DNA of 64,000 bases. Origin: Calditrichales bacterium. Its GTDB lineage: Bacteria > Calditrichota > Calditrichia > Calditrichales > J004. Shown piece after piece: positions 49,318 through 61,000 of this stretch (positions are counted from its first letter, which is position 1; every line of letters starts with the position of its first letter). The stretch is from positions 640,001-704,000 of the forward strand of contig OZ254086.1 in assembly GCA_965267575.1 (NCBI GenBank), read 5' to 3'. A model generated the notes under the pieces. It did not search any database, was not told the origin of the DNA, and worked only from the letters and a program-made list of their open reading frames with translations. The translations under genes and the position numbers were made by a program.

Positions 49318-51684
49318 TCAGGGATTTTTTCTCAGGATCGGTTTCTGTGCCATAACGCTTACTTCGAACACCTTGTAGCTGTTATGGTTAAAGCGCACTT
49401 CCAGCACGCTGTCGCCGTCCTTTTCCGTTTGCAACGGCGTAATCAGCGCGGTGTAATCGTTTTCCGCGTTGGGCGATGTGATCATAAAACGGCCCTCATT
49501 TTTAAGCACGTTTTTGTTCATCGTGATCTCTTCGTACCACTGCCGGCTGCCGGCCGATTGCGCCACGTCGCGCGGCAGCTTGATATTCACGTCATATACC
49601 GGGAAACGGGCATCGGTCGGTATGCGGATATTCACGCGGAAAACATAGGTGTTTGTGCCACCCGGATTGCTGGTTACGGGCAGCGCGTACATTTTGCGGT
49701 ATTCGGTGGTTTTGGTAAGCCACTTGCTGGCATAGGGATCGCATTCCGCGACAAGGCGCTTTATGCTTTGATCGCTGCCTTTATAGTTATTGCCATGCAC
49801 CACAATGGCGCGCGCTTTGGCCACGCCGTTTTCGTTAATATTAGCGCTGAAATCCTTATATAAAAACTGGATCGCTTTGGCCGGGAATTCCACCTCTTTG
49901 AGACGGGTGAGCCGCTGACGCAGCTGCTGTTTGCGCGCGGCCAGCTGGCTTTGGCTGCCCGAGGTGAAAGTAATATCCCACACCGGATCAAAAACCGGGC
50001 TCTGGTAAAGCGCTTCCACATTACTGAGCGTATTATATTGCTCGTTCACAAATTGATCTACGCGTTGGCGGGTCGCGCTCTCCACTTTGGAAAGCAGCGA
50101 ATCTTCCAGCGTTTTAACTGTGCGTTGTTTTGTGCCCGAAATCGCGCCGGAATTTATGAAATTGCCCTGGTTATGAAGCTCGCGCAGGTTCGATTCGGCC
50201 TGTTGCCAGTTCTGGCTAGCCAGGGCGTTTTTCACAAGGCTTTCCTGGCGCTCAACATACTTGGTATCAAGGTCGCTGTAGATGCTTTTTAGAAAACCGA
50301 GGTTGCTGTTTCGATTGACCAAAACAATCATGTCACGGTAGTTTTTTGTCGCGGCCAGATTGTTTAATCGCGGTACAAGCTGCGCCGCATCGCGATAATC
50401 TTTTTCCATTTTCAGCAGATCACTGCGCAGGGCGTAGATGCCGTTATTCAGAGATTTGCTTGCCGCGCTGTTCCGGTATTTGGGCCAGGAGTCAAATCCG
50501 GCGGAAGGCAGGTCCCGCAGTAGTCCGGCCGAGCGCGACGCCATGGTGTTAAAAAAGCTGTTATCCGGCCAGCGCTTCAGGCCAACAACCTCTTTCTCTA
50601 TTTTATCGGCCTCTTCGCGGATGCGCTGGTAGGCGCGCGCTTTCTGATTGTACTGCTCGCTGAAATTGAGCAACGCATCCAGCGATGGAAATACGTCTAC
50701 ACCGGCAGCACCGGCCAGCGAACGTACCAGCGCCGGATCAAGCATCAAAGGATCGTTATTGTTTTTACGGCTGATCACATCCTCAAAATAGGGACCAAGT
50801 TCATCCAGCCGTGCTTCCAGCATACGCCGCGCCTCATCGATAACATTGTTGGAGTAGCGCTGCTTCTGACCGAAAAAGGCATTCAGCTCCGGCAAAGCTT
50901 TAACAAACGCGGCCATATCATTCTCGGTCTTGTTCATGGTAGAGAAGAAAAGCAGCGCGTTGCGGAAATTTTCCTGAAAGGTCAGCTCTATCTCAATATC
51001 TTCCTTCAATCTCACATAATTGAGATAAGCCTCGTCACCGGAATTTAAAATGGATGGCGGAAAAAGGCGCTCGATGGAGGCCAGCTGATCCTGCAGCGTT
51101 TCCAGGTTGGCGGTTTTATCTTCCAATCGCGAAATGGCCTGGCCAAAGTTAAAATTACTCCAAGACAGGCTCACACCGATATTGTCGTAAACAGCCCGGT
51201 CACCACGGTTTTCTGCCAGGATGTTCGTAAAGGCCTCATATTGCGTTTCGAACTGGTAGCGCCACTGCGGCAGGTAGCGGTAATTCATCAGCAGCTTCAT
51301 ATCCCGCGGTACCCGCTCAATGACCCAGTAGTAGGTCTGACCGGTGCGGTTTACGGCATAAGCTTTTTCTTCGCTGCCCGCCGGTGCCTCGTTTGTGATG
51401 GGCTGCCCCGGACCTTCGTTTTTATCAAACATCGTGCTCATCACGGTCGTCAAGGCACCATCGTCCGACACCTTAATCAACAAATAAAAATTATTTTCCA
51501 GTGGCGACGGAAAGGCGATATAATACTTTTTACCTTCGTCCAGCTCAAAAAAGTCTTTGTCATCCTTTAATTCGATATAGTCGTTTTCTTCAGGACTTAT
51601 TTCCGGTTCAGGCTCCAGGTGCTTGTAGGCGGCACAGGAGGCAAGAAGGAAAACGCTTATCAGCAAAAAACCGGTTTGTTTCAT
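49318..51684 (-). CDS. large hypothetical lipoprotein
   Basis: Lipobox LLASC at residues 13-17; long helical middle; first gene of the ABC cluster. Confidence 0.75.
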   Translation of the reverse strand: MKQTGFLLISVFLLASCAAYKHLEPEPEISPEENDYIELKDDKDFFELDEGKKYYIAFPSPLENNFYLLIKVSDDGALTTVMSTMFDKNEGPGQPITNEAPAGSEEKAYAVNRTGQTYYWVIERVPRDMKLLMNYRYLPQWRYQFETQYEAFTNILAENRGDRAVYDNIGVSLSWSNFNFGQAISRLEDKTANLETLQDQLASIERLFPPSILNSGDEAYLNYVRLKEDIEIELTFQENFRNALLFFSTMNKTENDMAAFVKALPELNAFFGQKQRYSNNVIDEARRMLEARLDELGPYFEDVISRKNNNDPLMLDPALVRSLAGAAGVDVFPSLDALLNFSEQYNQKARAYQRIREEADKIEKEVVGLKRWPDNSFFNTMASRSAGLLRDLPSAGFDSWPKYRNSAASKSLNNGIYALRSDLLKMEKDYRDAAQLVPRLNNLAATKNYRDMIVLVNRNSNLGFLKSIYSDLDTKYVERQESLVKNALASQNWQQAESNLRELHNQGNFINSGAISGTKQRTVKTLEDSLLSKVESATRQRVDQFVNEQYNTLSNVEALYQSPVFDPVWDITFTSGSQSQLAARKQQLRQRLTRLKEVEFPAKAIQFLYKDFSANINENGVAKARAIVVHGNNYKGSDQSIKRLVAECDPYASKWLTKTTEYRKMYALPVTSNPGGTNTYVFRVNIRIPTDARFPVYDVNIKLPRDVAQSAGSRQWYEEITMNKNVLKNEGRFMITSPNAENDYTALITPLQTEKDGDSVLEVRFNHNSYKVFEVSVMAQKPILRKNP

Positions 51685-51836
51685 AATTTCCTCTGCTGGT
51701 TTTTGTTAAACGAGTAATTGAGTTTTTGTAAATGCCGTTTTTGATTATGATATTAGGCGACTGGCATGGCAATAATTTATGGTTTTTTTATGATAATCCT
51801 TAATTTTAACATAAAAATTGCGGGTTTAAAAATAGC

Positions 51837-52883
51837 ATGACACTAATGTTTGTATACCTGGCTATCGCGCTGGGCTTTTCATTTTTGTGCTCTGTACTGG
51901 AAGCAATCCTGCTAAGTGTAACACCTTCATACATAAACATCAAAATTCAGGATGGCAAAAAAGCCGGAGAAGATCTGAAAATGCTGAAGGATGATATCGA
52001 CCGGCCACTTTCAGCTATTCTCACACTGAACACGTTCGCCCATACGGCCGGTGCCGCGGGCGTCGGCGCGCAGGCGCAGTTAATCTGGGGCGTTGAGTAC
52101 CTTACGCTTGTATCGATCATTCTCACCCTGCTGATACTTTTTCTCTCCGAGATTATACCCAAAACCATAGGAGCCATGTACTGGCGTACGCTGGCGCCTT
52201 TTGCCGCTCCGCTAACCAAGATATTGGTTTATACCCTTTATCCGGCGGTCTGGGTCAGCCAACTGGTTACAAAGCTGATCAAACGCGATGAAAAGAAAAG
52301 TGTTCTTTCGCGGGCGGACTTTAGAGCTATTGCCGAAATAGGCATAAAAGACGGCGTTTTCCGCGACAGCGAATCGGCCATAATCCGCAATCTGCTCAAC
52401 TTTAATTCTATCCTTGTTAAAAATATTATGACGCCGCGAACGGTCGTCTTGGCAGCCGACGAAGAAATGAGCATTCAGGCATTTCATAAGAACCATCAGG
52501 ATTTGCGTTTTTCGCGCATCCCGGTTTATAAGAACACCATAGACAGCGTAACGGGATTTGTGCTAAAAGATGAGATCCTCCTTAATATGATCAACCATAA
52601 CGGCGAAAAGCCCCTGCGTGACATAAAGCGCAAGATTGAGATTGTTCCGGAGGTTGTGTCGATCCCCGAGCTGTTCAAGCTGCTGGTGGATAAAAACGTG
52701 CATATTGCCATGGTAGTGGATGAATACGGCGGGATGGCCGGTATCGTAACCATGGAAGATATTATTGAGACTCTGCTGGGACTGGAGATTACAGATGAGT
52801 ACGATAGTGTGGACGACCTGCAGGCACTGGCCCGCGAAAACTGGGAAAAAAGGGCCAGGCGGCTGGGCCTGCTTGACAAATAG
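51837..52883 (+). CDS. CNNM/DUF21-CBS domain protein (hemolysin family)
   Basis: SFLCSVLEA, SEIIPKT, IMTPRT, FSRIPVY, VVDEYGG. Confidence 0.93.
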   Translation: MTLMFVYLAIALGFSFLCSVLEAILLSVTPSYINIKIQDGKKAGEDLKMLKDDIDRPLSAILTLNTFAHTAGAAGVGAQAQLIWGVEYLTLVSIILTLLILFLSEIIPKTIGAMYWRTLAPFAAPLTKILVYTLYPAVWVSQLVTKLIKRDEKKSVLSRADFRAIAEIGIKDGVFRDSESAIIRNLLNFNSILVKNIMTPRTVVLAADEEMSIQAFHKNHQDLRFSRIPVYKNTIDSVTGFVLKDEILLNMINHNGEKPLRDIKRKIEIVPEVVSIPELFKLLVDKNVHIAMVVDEYGGMAGIVTMEDIIETLLGLEITDEYDSVDDLQALARENWEKRARRLGLLDK

Positions 52884-52885
52884 AC

Positions 52886-53761
52886 TCAGCTCATGATCGA
52901 GCCGGCGAACTGCTCTACCTCCATCTGGACATCGCGTATTTCGGCCATAAGCAGCAAGAATTCCTTATCATCGATGTCCAGCGCCTTTATGATGGCATCT
53001 TTTATTTTGGTGTGTGTCTCTTTTTTCAGATTTAGCATGGAAAAACTGCTGCAGAGGCTGCCGATTGCTATCATCTTTTTAAAGTCGCTTTTGGAATCGG
53101 AAGTCAAAATATTCTGCAGGGCGGAAAGCGTGTGCGATTCGCAGGCGATTTTAACGCTTTCCGGCAGGCGCCAGTAGCGCGCCAGCAAACTGCCAAAGTG
53201 ACCGGATGGAGGCAGCTTGAGCTGCGCTTCCGACTCTTCGTTAAGGCATCCGTTCTTCTCGGAATAGTTTAAAATCTCACTATAGTAATCAGGATAGAAT
53301 TTAAGGTAGACAAGAGTGCCAATATCGTGAAGCAGCGATGGCACCCATAACTCCTCGCGGTCCAGGTAATTGGCAAAACGCGCCGCCAGCAGTTTGCTGT
53401 TGCGCGCCGTAAAATAGCTGTGATACCAGAAATCTTTTAATTGTTCTTTATTCTTAAGCTGAAAGGACGAGATTACCGAAAGGGAAAGGACGATACGGTA
53501 AATCTCGTTAATGCCCAGAAAAGCGATGGCGATGCGCAGATCGCCGATTTCGCGCTTAAGGCCGTAATAGGCAGAATTTATAACTTTTAGGATTTGTGCC
53601 GTCAGCGCGGCGTCACTGGAGACGAGCTTTGTAATTTCCTGCACGTTGAAGTCTTCATCCTGCACGGCTTGCTGGATGCGTGTTACGATTTGCGGCAGAG
53701 GGGGTAGTGTCTGGTACTGCTGTGCGAATTCATGCGATGTTAGGTCAATTCTGTAGGCCAT
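52886..53761 (-). CDS. HDOD domain protein
   Basis: LPPLP, DAALTAQILKVINSAYYG, FWYHS, LLHDIG, WRLP. Confidence 0.9.
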   Translation of the reverse strand: MAYRIDLTSHEFAQQYQTLPPLPQIVTRIQQAVQDEDFNVQEITKLVSSDAALTAQILKVINSAYYGLKREIGDLRIAIAFLGINEIYRIVLSLSVISSFQLKNKEQLKDFWYHSYFTARNSKLLAARFANYLDREELWVPSLLHDIGTLVYLKFYPDYYSEILNYSEKNGCLNEESEAQLKLPPSGHFGSLLARYWRLPESVKIACESHTLSALQNILTSDSKSDFKKMIAIGSLCSSFSMLNLKKETHTKIKDAIIKALDIDDKEFLLLMAEIRDVQMEVEQFAGSIMS

Positions 53762-53908
53762 TTCCGCTTAATCTGTATGTATCGTAATATGATTCCATGT
53801 ATATTTGCGCCCACCCGAAAAATAAACCATAGGGGAACAAGACTTATCGACAGAATAGTCAATAATTTAGTCGATTAAATTAAATTCAGAAAGAAACATA
53901 CTAAAATC

Positions 53909-54622
53909 TTGCATTTGCAAAAACAAAAATCACAAAAAGTCTATGTTTTTGTTGAGTTTACACTCGTCGTTTTAATCGTTTTAGGCTTTTTTGTACACTC
54001 CGCTTTCAGCTGGGCTGCCGGTGAGGGTGGCGGTACACGCGAAATACGCTATGACACATCCGATGCCGTTTATCTGATCGTTTATGAATTGACGATGCTG
54101 ATACTGCTGACCCTCTATTTGCGCTGGCGCGGATACGGTTGGCGCGATTTCGGTATTTCCACGGGTCTATCGCATATTACGGCGGGGTTGGTGATGTTTA
54201 TTGCCAACTACCTGGCCTACCTGCTGTTGTACCGCTGGTTTGGCGAATTCCTCATGTCGCTGAATATCTCCGTGGGCAATGCCAGTTTCGAATCGGCCGG
54301 AACATCCTATGTAATTGATATTGCCATTCCCGTTCTGGTTCTCTTCACCTGGATTAATGCCATGTTCGAGGAATTCGTTCTTGTCTCATACAGCACCAGC
54401 GCGTTGGGCCGTCATTTGCCCGGACTGGCCGTTCTGGTCATCAGCATAATTATGCGGCTCTCCTTTCATTTTTACCAGGGCCCGATAATCCTTATTTCCA
54501 TTTTACCCATGGGCATTATTCACTTTGTGTTTTACTGGTATAAACGCAACCTGGTGGCCATAACGCTGAGCCATGCCATTATGGATTTTTTAAGCTTCTA
54601 TGTTTATATGCTGATCAGCTGA
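53909..54622 (+). CDS. CPBP (CAAX/Abi) intramembrane metalloprotease
   Basis: EEF, SFHFYQG, HAIMD motifs; multi-TM; TTG start uncertain. Confidence 0.8.
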   Translation: MHLQKQKSQKVYVFVEFTLVVLIVLGFFVHSAFSWAAGEGGGTREIRYDTSDAVYLIVYELTMLILLTLYLRWRGYGWRDFGISTGLSHITAGLVMFIANYLAYLLLYRWFGEFLMSLNISVGNASFESAGTSYVIDIAIPVLVLFTWINAMFEEFVLVSYSTSALGRHLPGLAVLVISIIMRLSFHFYQGPIILISILPMGIIHFVFYWYKRNLVAITLSHAIMDFLSFYVYMLIS

Positions 54623-54710
54623 TTTTCCTGCTTTTATTGTTAAAGAATAAACCGCCCAATTCGAAAATGAGATGCCACTCACTTTGCTAACTTGAATACC
54701 GGGATCTTAG

Positions 54711-55091
54711 ATGAAGTACGTTTTGTTGTTGGAGGATGAAGAACTTGTCATGGAAATTACGGCTGAAATCCTGGAAAATCTGGGCTATACCCCCGTGTTG
54801 GCTGAAAACGGCCGGGAAGCGCTGGACAAGACGCAAAAGCTTTATGATGAGGGAAAATCGCTTCATCTCTCTATTCTGGATCTTAATGTGCCCGGCGGTT
54901 TAAGCGGCAAAGACACTTTCCTGGAACTGCGCAAGATCGACCCCCGGCTGCGCGGCATCCTGACAACCGGCCACAACCCTTCAAAGACAGAGAACGAGTT
55001 TTTGGAGATGGGTTTTTCCAAAGTCCTTAACAAGCCCTTCCGTATTCAGGAACTGGCGGCACTGCTTAAAAAAATGGACAAGGACATCTAG
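54711..55091 (+). CDS. single-domain response regulator
   Basis: LLEDE, ILDLNVPG, TTG, KPF. Confidence 0.9.
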   Translation: MKYVLLLEDEELVMEITAEILENLGYTPVLAENGREALDKTQKLYDEGKSLHLSILDLNVPGGLSGKDTFLELRKIDPRLRGILTTGHNPSKTENEFLEMGFSKVLNKPFRIQELAALLKKMDKDI

Positions 55092-55182
55092 CCGCTTTAA
55101 TTATTTCCCATTATTGATTATACTCTGCAACCAACTGGCATTATTGCAGTATTAGCATACATTCATACATAAACATCCGGCC

Positions 55183-57978
55183 ATGAAAAACGAAACGCGC
55201 ACGCGCATCCTTTTTATTACCGCCACTTTGCTGCTTTTGCTTACAAGCGCCATCAGTCTTATTCGTTATGCCCGCTCAACAACAGACGAAAACTGGTTCC
55301 GCGATCCCCCTTCCCGCATAAGCATTACGAAAGATTTGCCCGCGGCCATACCCCATTTTAGTCAACAATATGGCATGATCGATTCCGTTAAAAACGGCGA
55401 CCTGCTTCTGGGGCTGAACGACAAAAAAATAACCCGGCAGGAACAGATCGCCCGGCTGCGCGCCCAGTCCAGGGATACGGTTTATTTTCACATCTTCCGG
55501 CCGCAGCTGGATCAATCTTACAGATTGCCCGTGCTGGCTACACACGTACCCGACAGCTTTACGACGCGCCTGCCAAACTACGTTTATGTTTTCAGCGTAT
55601 TGCCAGGTGGCGCCTCTGACCGCGCCGGCATGCAAAAAGGCGACCTGATCACTAAAATAAAAGGCAAATCCTTCCAGTCGACATTCCAGGCGGACCTCAT
55701 CCTGCGCCAGAACAAGCCCGGTGAAACGATCGCCTATACCGTCCTGCGCCAAAACGAGGAAATCACACTTTATCTCACTCTGAGCGTTTTCGGGATTTTT
55801 GTTGCCAATATTATCGCGCTAATCGTCGGGCTCTTCTTTATCGCCTGCGGATTGTTTTATGTGCTGAACAGGCCTTCCTTTAAGGCCGCCAGGCTTATCG
55901 CCGGCACATTCATTTTAGTCGGCTTTATTATAACGGTGGCCTATACGCAGCGGGAGCCGCAGTTTGACGCCTTTTCGGTATTACGCGTCATTCTGCTGAC
56001 CACTGCAGGTTATCTCAGTCTGGCCTTTTTTATTCACAGCCAGTTCTATTTTCCACGGCCCTTGGACATGCTTCCAAAGAAGAAGTTTCTGATTGTTCTT
56101 TATGTGCTGGCTTCCGTTTTTCTTACTGCCCAGATATATTTTCAGCTTGCCGCCTCTTCCGCCTCGGCGGCTGTGGGTGCCGGTATGCTGCTAATGATAC
56201 TGATGTTCGGCATGTTCATGCTCTTCCACCACAAAAAAATACCCCAGGAAATAAAGGTGCTGCGCAGACCTATCAAATATAGTTTAATAGCTGCGCTGGC
56301 GGGAGCCTTTTTGTTCCTTTTTATATTGTCAAATATAGGCCAGGTATTTGTCGTAAATGCAGGCTATCTCACACTCTTTTTTCTGTTAATTCCGCTGGCC
56401 TACCTATACACCACCGGCCGCTATGCCTTAATGGGGTTGAATATCCGGTTGCGGCGAAATTTCCAGTATACACTGGTTTCATCTCTTTGGCGGCTGGCCA
56501 TGCTGGTTTTAACGATATGGGTGCTTTTTGCCTTTGCCGGCAGCGAATTCGAACTGCCGAATCTTAGCATAAGCCCCACATCGATCGAGCTGCTCGAGCG
56601 CGAACTGCCGCAGCAGCAACGGCTTTTCCTGGACAGGATTATTTTTATTGTCTTCGCGGCGATCGTGATCTTTCTGGCCTGGAAAATTACGCAGTTGGTA
56701 CAGCGCTTCATAAACCGGCGCTTTCATCAGTCGAAATTTGACTACCGCTACTCGATGGAGGAAATCAGCACAGCCTTATCCGGGACAACTGATCCGCAAT
56801 CGCTGTGTACCGTATTTGTAAAAACGCTGCACGAAGTTATGCGCCTGAAGAAAACGGGCATCGGGGTTTTCGATAAGAACCATGAGATCGTACTGACCTT
56901 TCAGTTGCCGCAAAATGAGGCAAACGGCTGGAAGGCATTAATAGAAAAAAACCATGCCGGCCTCTATTATAATTTGTTAAGCGCAACGCGGCCACAACGT
57001 CCGTCAGACCTTAGCGGAAACCTTGCCGGACCATTCGAAAGCGCCGCGATAAACCTCTTTGTGCCCGCCAAAACTGCGCGCGGAGCCCTACAAGCCATCC
57101 TTCTTATCGGGGAAAAACAATCGGAATCCCCTTTCCACCAGGATGACTTTGATTTTCTCTCAGCCGCAGCGGCGAGGCTGGCTGTTGCCCTGGAAAACAG
57201 TTTTCTCTACCTGGACCTGGCGCAACAGGAGCGTATCAAGCACGAGCTGGCCATCGCCAGGGATATCCAGATGTCTTCGCTGCCGCAGAAGCTGCCTGCC
57301 GTCAGCGGGCTGGATGTAGCCGGCCTCTCTATCCCGGCGCTGGAGGTTGGCGGCGACTATTTTGATTACCTGAATGGCAGCAGCAACGCGCTTACGGTTG
57401 TGGTGGGAGACGTTAGCGGCAAAGGCACCTCCTCCGCGCTCTACATGTCAAAAATTCAGGGTATACTGCGCTCGCTGAACAGTTTCAGCCTGCAGCCTTC
57501 GGAACTGTTTATTCGCGCCAATACCATTCTCACTTCGGATATGAAAAAACAATATTTCATAACCGCGCTGGCAGGGTCCTTTGATGTAAATAATCATTTA
57601 CTGAAATTGGCACGCGCCGGTCATTTGCCGCTGTACCACTACTGCGACGAAAAGCAAAGCATAAACTCCATCGCTCCGGAAGGACTTGGAATGGGCATCG
57701 GCAGTGGCGAAGCTTTCGCGGAAAACATGCGCCAGAGCGAGATCGTCTATAAAAAGGGTGATATCTTCGTTTTTCTTACCGATGGCATCACGGAAACGAC
57801 CGATCCTGAGGGCCAGATGCTGGATGAATCCGGCATACTGGAAGAGTGTATCCTGCAAACACACCATCAGCCGGCAAAAGAGATATGCCGCAACATTATT
57901 GACGCGGCAGTCCGCTTTGCCCAGGGCCAAAACCAGGCCGATGACATGACTGTGGTAGTTGTGAAAATAATTGGCTAA
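55183..57978 (+). CDS. membrane PP2C/SpoIIE-family phosphatase with PDZ-like and GAF-like domains
   Basis: VKNGDLLLGLN and GASDRAGMQKGDLI (PDZ-like), multi-TM core, GAF-like segment, VGGDYFD, GDVSGKG, TDG, DDMT. Confidence 0.88.
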   Translation: MKNETRTRILFITATLLLLLTSAISLIRYARSTTDENWFRDPPSRISITKDLPAAIPHFSQQYGMIDSVKNGDLLLGLNDKKITRQEQIARLRAQSRDTVYFHIFRPQLDQSYRLPVLATHVPDSFTTRLPNYVYVFSVLPGGASDRAGMQKGDLITKIKGKSFQSTFQADLILRQNKPGETIAYTVLRQNEEITLYLTLSVFGIFVANIIALIVGLFFIACGLFYVLNRPSFKAARLIAGTFILVGFIITVAYTQREPQFDAFSVLRVILLTTAGYLSLAFFIHSQFYFPRPLDMLPKKKFLIVLYVLASVFLTAQIYFQLAASSASAAVGAGMLLMILMFGMFMLFHHKKIPQEIKVLRRPIKYSLIAALAGAFLFLFILSNIGQVFVVNAGYLTLFFLLIPLAYLYTTGRYALMGLNIRLRRNFQYTLVSSLWRLAMLVLTIWVLFAFAGSEFELPNLSISPTSIELLERELPQQQRLFLDRIIFIVFAAIVIFLAWKITQLVQRFINRRFHQSKFDYRYSMEEISTALSGTTDPQSLCTVFVKTLHEVMRLKKTGIGVFDKNHEIVLTFQLPQNEANGWKALIEKNHAGLYYNLLSATRPQRPSDLSGNLAGPFESAAINLFVPAKTARGALQAILLIGEKQSESPFHQDDFDFLSAAAARLAVALENSFLYLDLAQQERIKHELAIARDIQMSSLPQKLPAVSGLDVAGLSIPALEVGGDYFDYLNGSSNALTVVVGDVSGKGTSSALYMSKIQGILRSLNSFSLQPSELFIRANTILTSDMKKQYFITALAGSFDVNNHLLKLARAGHLPLYHYCDEKQSINSIAPEGLGMGIGSGEAFAENMRQSEIVYKKGDIFVFLTDGITETTDPEGQMLDESGILEECILQTHHQPAKEICRNIIDAAVRFAQGQNQADDMTVVVVKIIG

Positions 57979-58066
57979 TTATCCACCCTCCTGTTCACAT
58001 TTCTCCAAAGCTGCCGAAAGTTGACACAAATCACATTGCAGTTTATTTACCGGGAATGATTTATTG

Positions 58067-61000
58067 ATGCAGGGGTTTAGTAAAAGCATTTTTTTTTGTC
58101 TTATTTTTGGCGCGCTTTCGCTGTTCGGCCAACAGTATCCCGTAAAAAATTATACCATTGATGAGGGTCTGCCATCACCGAATATCATGGATGTTGATCA
58201 GGACCCGTCCGGACGAATGTGGTTTGCCTCGCGGGCCGGCATAATCAGTTATGACGGATTTAGCTGGACGCATCATAAAAAGCTTTTTCTGGACCACGCC
58301 CGTTTTGTCTCCGCTGACCGGGGAAACGTCATTTGGGCAGCCTCCAGTCATCTAAGATATGGTATTGCTTATTTCTCTGACGAGAGCTGGCATATTCTGA
58401 ATCCTGACGCAAGTATGCCGGACTATATTCTAACCGACCTGGTGCTCTCCGAAAAAAATGGTCATACAGAGATTTATCTCGCCACAAGCGTGGGCGTTGT
58501 GGTCCATTACAACGGCAGGGAGTGGAAGCGATACGACAACCGCCATGGCTTACCTGCCGCGCACATATATAAAATGAAAATGGCCGGAAATGCATTATAC
58601 GTGCTTGCGAAAAACGGCATCTATCATCTGAACGGAGACCGCTTTGAGAAAATTGATATAAGCTTTGACAATATGCATCGTGTGCTGGGCTTTACCTTTG
58701 GTCTTCGCGGGCAGCTTATTGCCGTTGGCAGAGGCTGGATAGCGGTGCAAAAAGGTAACACGTTTGAGTATAAAGCGTTCGAACGGGTTTATAATATTTA
58801 TGAGTTTAGCAATATCTTTCTCGATGACAGAAATCGCCTCTACATTCCCACCGCCTTCAGGCTGTTACAGTATGATCTTGACAGTGGCGATATTATGGAG
58901 CTGGGCAGGAGAAACGGTTTACTCATGGATGTGCCATCATCCGTTTTTCAGGATCGCGAAAAAAACCTATGGATGATCGCTTCCGTAGGCATCAGCAAAA
59001 TATCATCCAGGCGCTTTATAACACTTAATAAAAATTCGGGATTGCTAAACGATGAGGTGAGCGCCATTGTAGAATATAAACCGGGCCATTTTGTTTTGGG
59101 ACATAACACCGGATACACGTTCTACGACGGCGAGAACTTCACCAGGGTAGCGGTAACGGAAGAAACCGGCAGCCTGGAACATGGTGTTTCGAGGATATGG
59201 GATCTGGCCAGGCAGAATGACGGTACCATCTGGAGCGCTTCCATTTTCCACGGCATATCACGCATAAAGGGTAACGCCACTACCTGGTATTTCAAGCAGG
59301 ACAGGCCCGGCCATGTATCCGTCTGTGTAGACGCGAAAGACCGGGTATGGGCGATGATCAAACGCGGTATTTATATGTTCACCGGAGATACTTTCAAGCT
59401 CTTCTTTACCATTCCCGAAGGCATCGGCAACGCCCGCAAGATTTTTGCAGGTACGGACGGTTCGCTGTTTCTTGCCAGCGATATCTCGGGTATTATCCAT
59501 ATTAAGAAGGACAAGACTTACAAGGTCTACCGTGTTACCGGCAATTCTTTTCGGAACAATACTTACGCGCTTTATGCCGAAGAAAACGGCAACCTGCTTG
59601 TCGGTACGGCTGCCGGTCTAAGCCGTGTTGAGGGCGACTCCCTGGCAGCGGCGCGCGGCTTTCCCCCAATCGATTATCCCGTTTATTCAATCATCCGTGA
59701 TGACAGAGAAAATTTCTGGATTGGCACCGACCGTGGTGTTGTATTCTGGGATGGTGAAAAAAGCCGCCGTTTCACCCATGATGACGGGCTGGCCGGCAAT
59801 GAGATGAACCGCAGCGCCGCCCTTCAGGACAGCAAAGGTCGCATCTGGCTGGGCAGCGATTTCGGGATTACCATATACGATTACAATTACGATCGCTCGG
59901 ATATACCTGCACCGGTAGTGGAAATTGGTTCCGTGGTCCATAACGACGGGGAAATCGCACCCGCCGGCACTCAAAAGCTGCATTCCCCCGGTAATACGAT
60001 CGACATTAACTTTGCTGTGATCTCCTTCCGTGATGAAAACGAAATCGAGGCGCAATATATGCTGGAAGGGTTTGACGCACAGTGGGTAACGCAAAAGCCG
60101 CTAAGGATAAGCGAAGCGCGATACAACCGACTTCCGCCGGGTGAGTACATTTTTAAATTACGAGCGCGCAGCCCGGAAAGCGCCTGGAGCAGTATCGTGC
60201 AATCGTCACCCATTGTTATAACCGTGCCTTTTTATAAAAGGTTGTGGTTCGCGCTTCTGGTAACGGCGCTGATGGTAACAATGGTATTCGTGAGCTACCT
60301 GGCAGTAAACCGCCAAAAGCAGGCCAGGATGCTGGAAGAAGAGGTGCAACGGCGCACGGATGAATTAAAGCTATCGGAAGAAAAATTCCGTGACTTTTTT
60401 CGGCATTCGCACGATTTACTCTTTTTTGCCGACGCTTCGGGCATAATAAATGAGATTAACGCGGCGGGCGCCAGTTTGCTGGACAAGGAAAACCCCGCGC
60501 AGGTTGCGGGCATCCCTCTGGATGCGTTTTTTGAAGCTGACCCGCAGTGGGCAGACACACGCAGCCGCCTTCTTGAAACGAGCTCCGTGCGTGATGTTAC
60601 GCTGAACCTGCAAACGCGTTCGGGCCTGCGCATTGTGCTTTTCTCCGCCGACCTGGTGTTTGATAAAAAGGGCGATGTGAGCGGCTGGCGCGGTACGATC
60701 AAGGACATCACCGACCGCCAGAAAATGCATGAACAAAACAGCTACCTGGCAAAGATGGAAACGATCAGCCAGATGGCCGGCGGCATTGCTCACGATTTTA
60801 ACAATCTGCTGGGAGCTATCCTTGGCTATGCTTCGTTGCTGAAACTTAAAAAAAGCAAGCAGGACGCGGACTACGGCGCCCTGGAAACAATCGAACAGAG
60901 CGCGCAACGAGGTTCTCTGCTTACCAAGCAAATGCTGGCTTTTGCCCGCCGCACGCGCACTGTGAGAACAGATTTTGACTTACGAGCACGCATTGAAAAA

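Noticed and set aside
47628-49355. 575-aa plus-strand ORF (likewise 42776-43717 and 44407-45450)
   Set aside because: Antisense shadows of minus-strand genes that have motifs and operon coupling.
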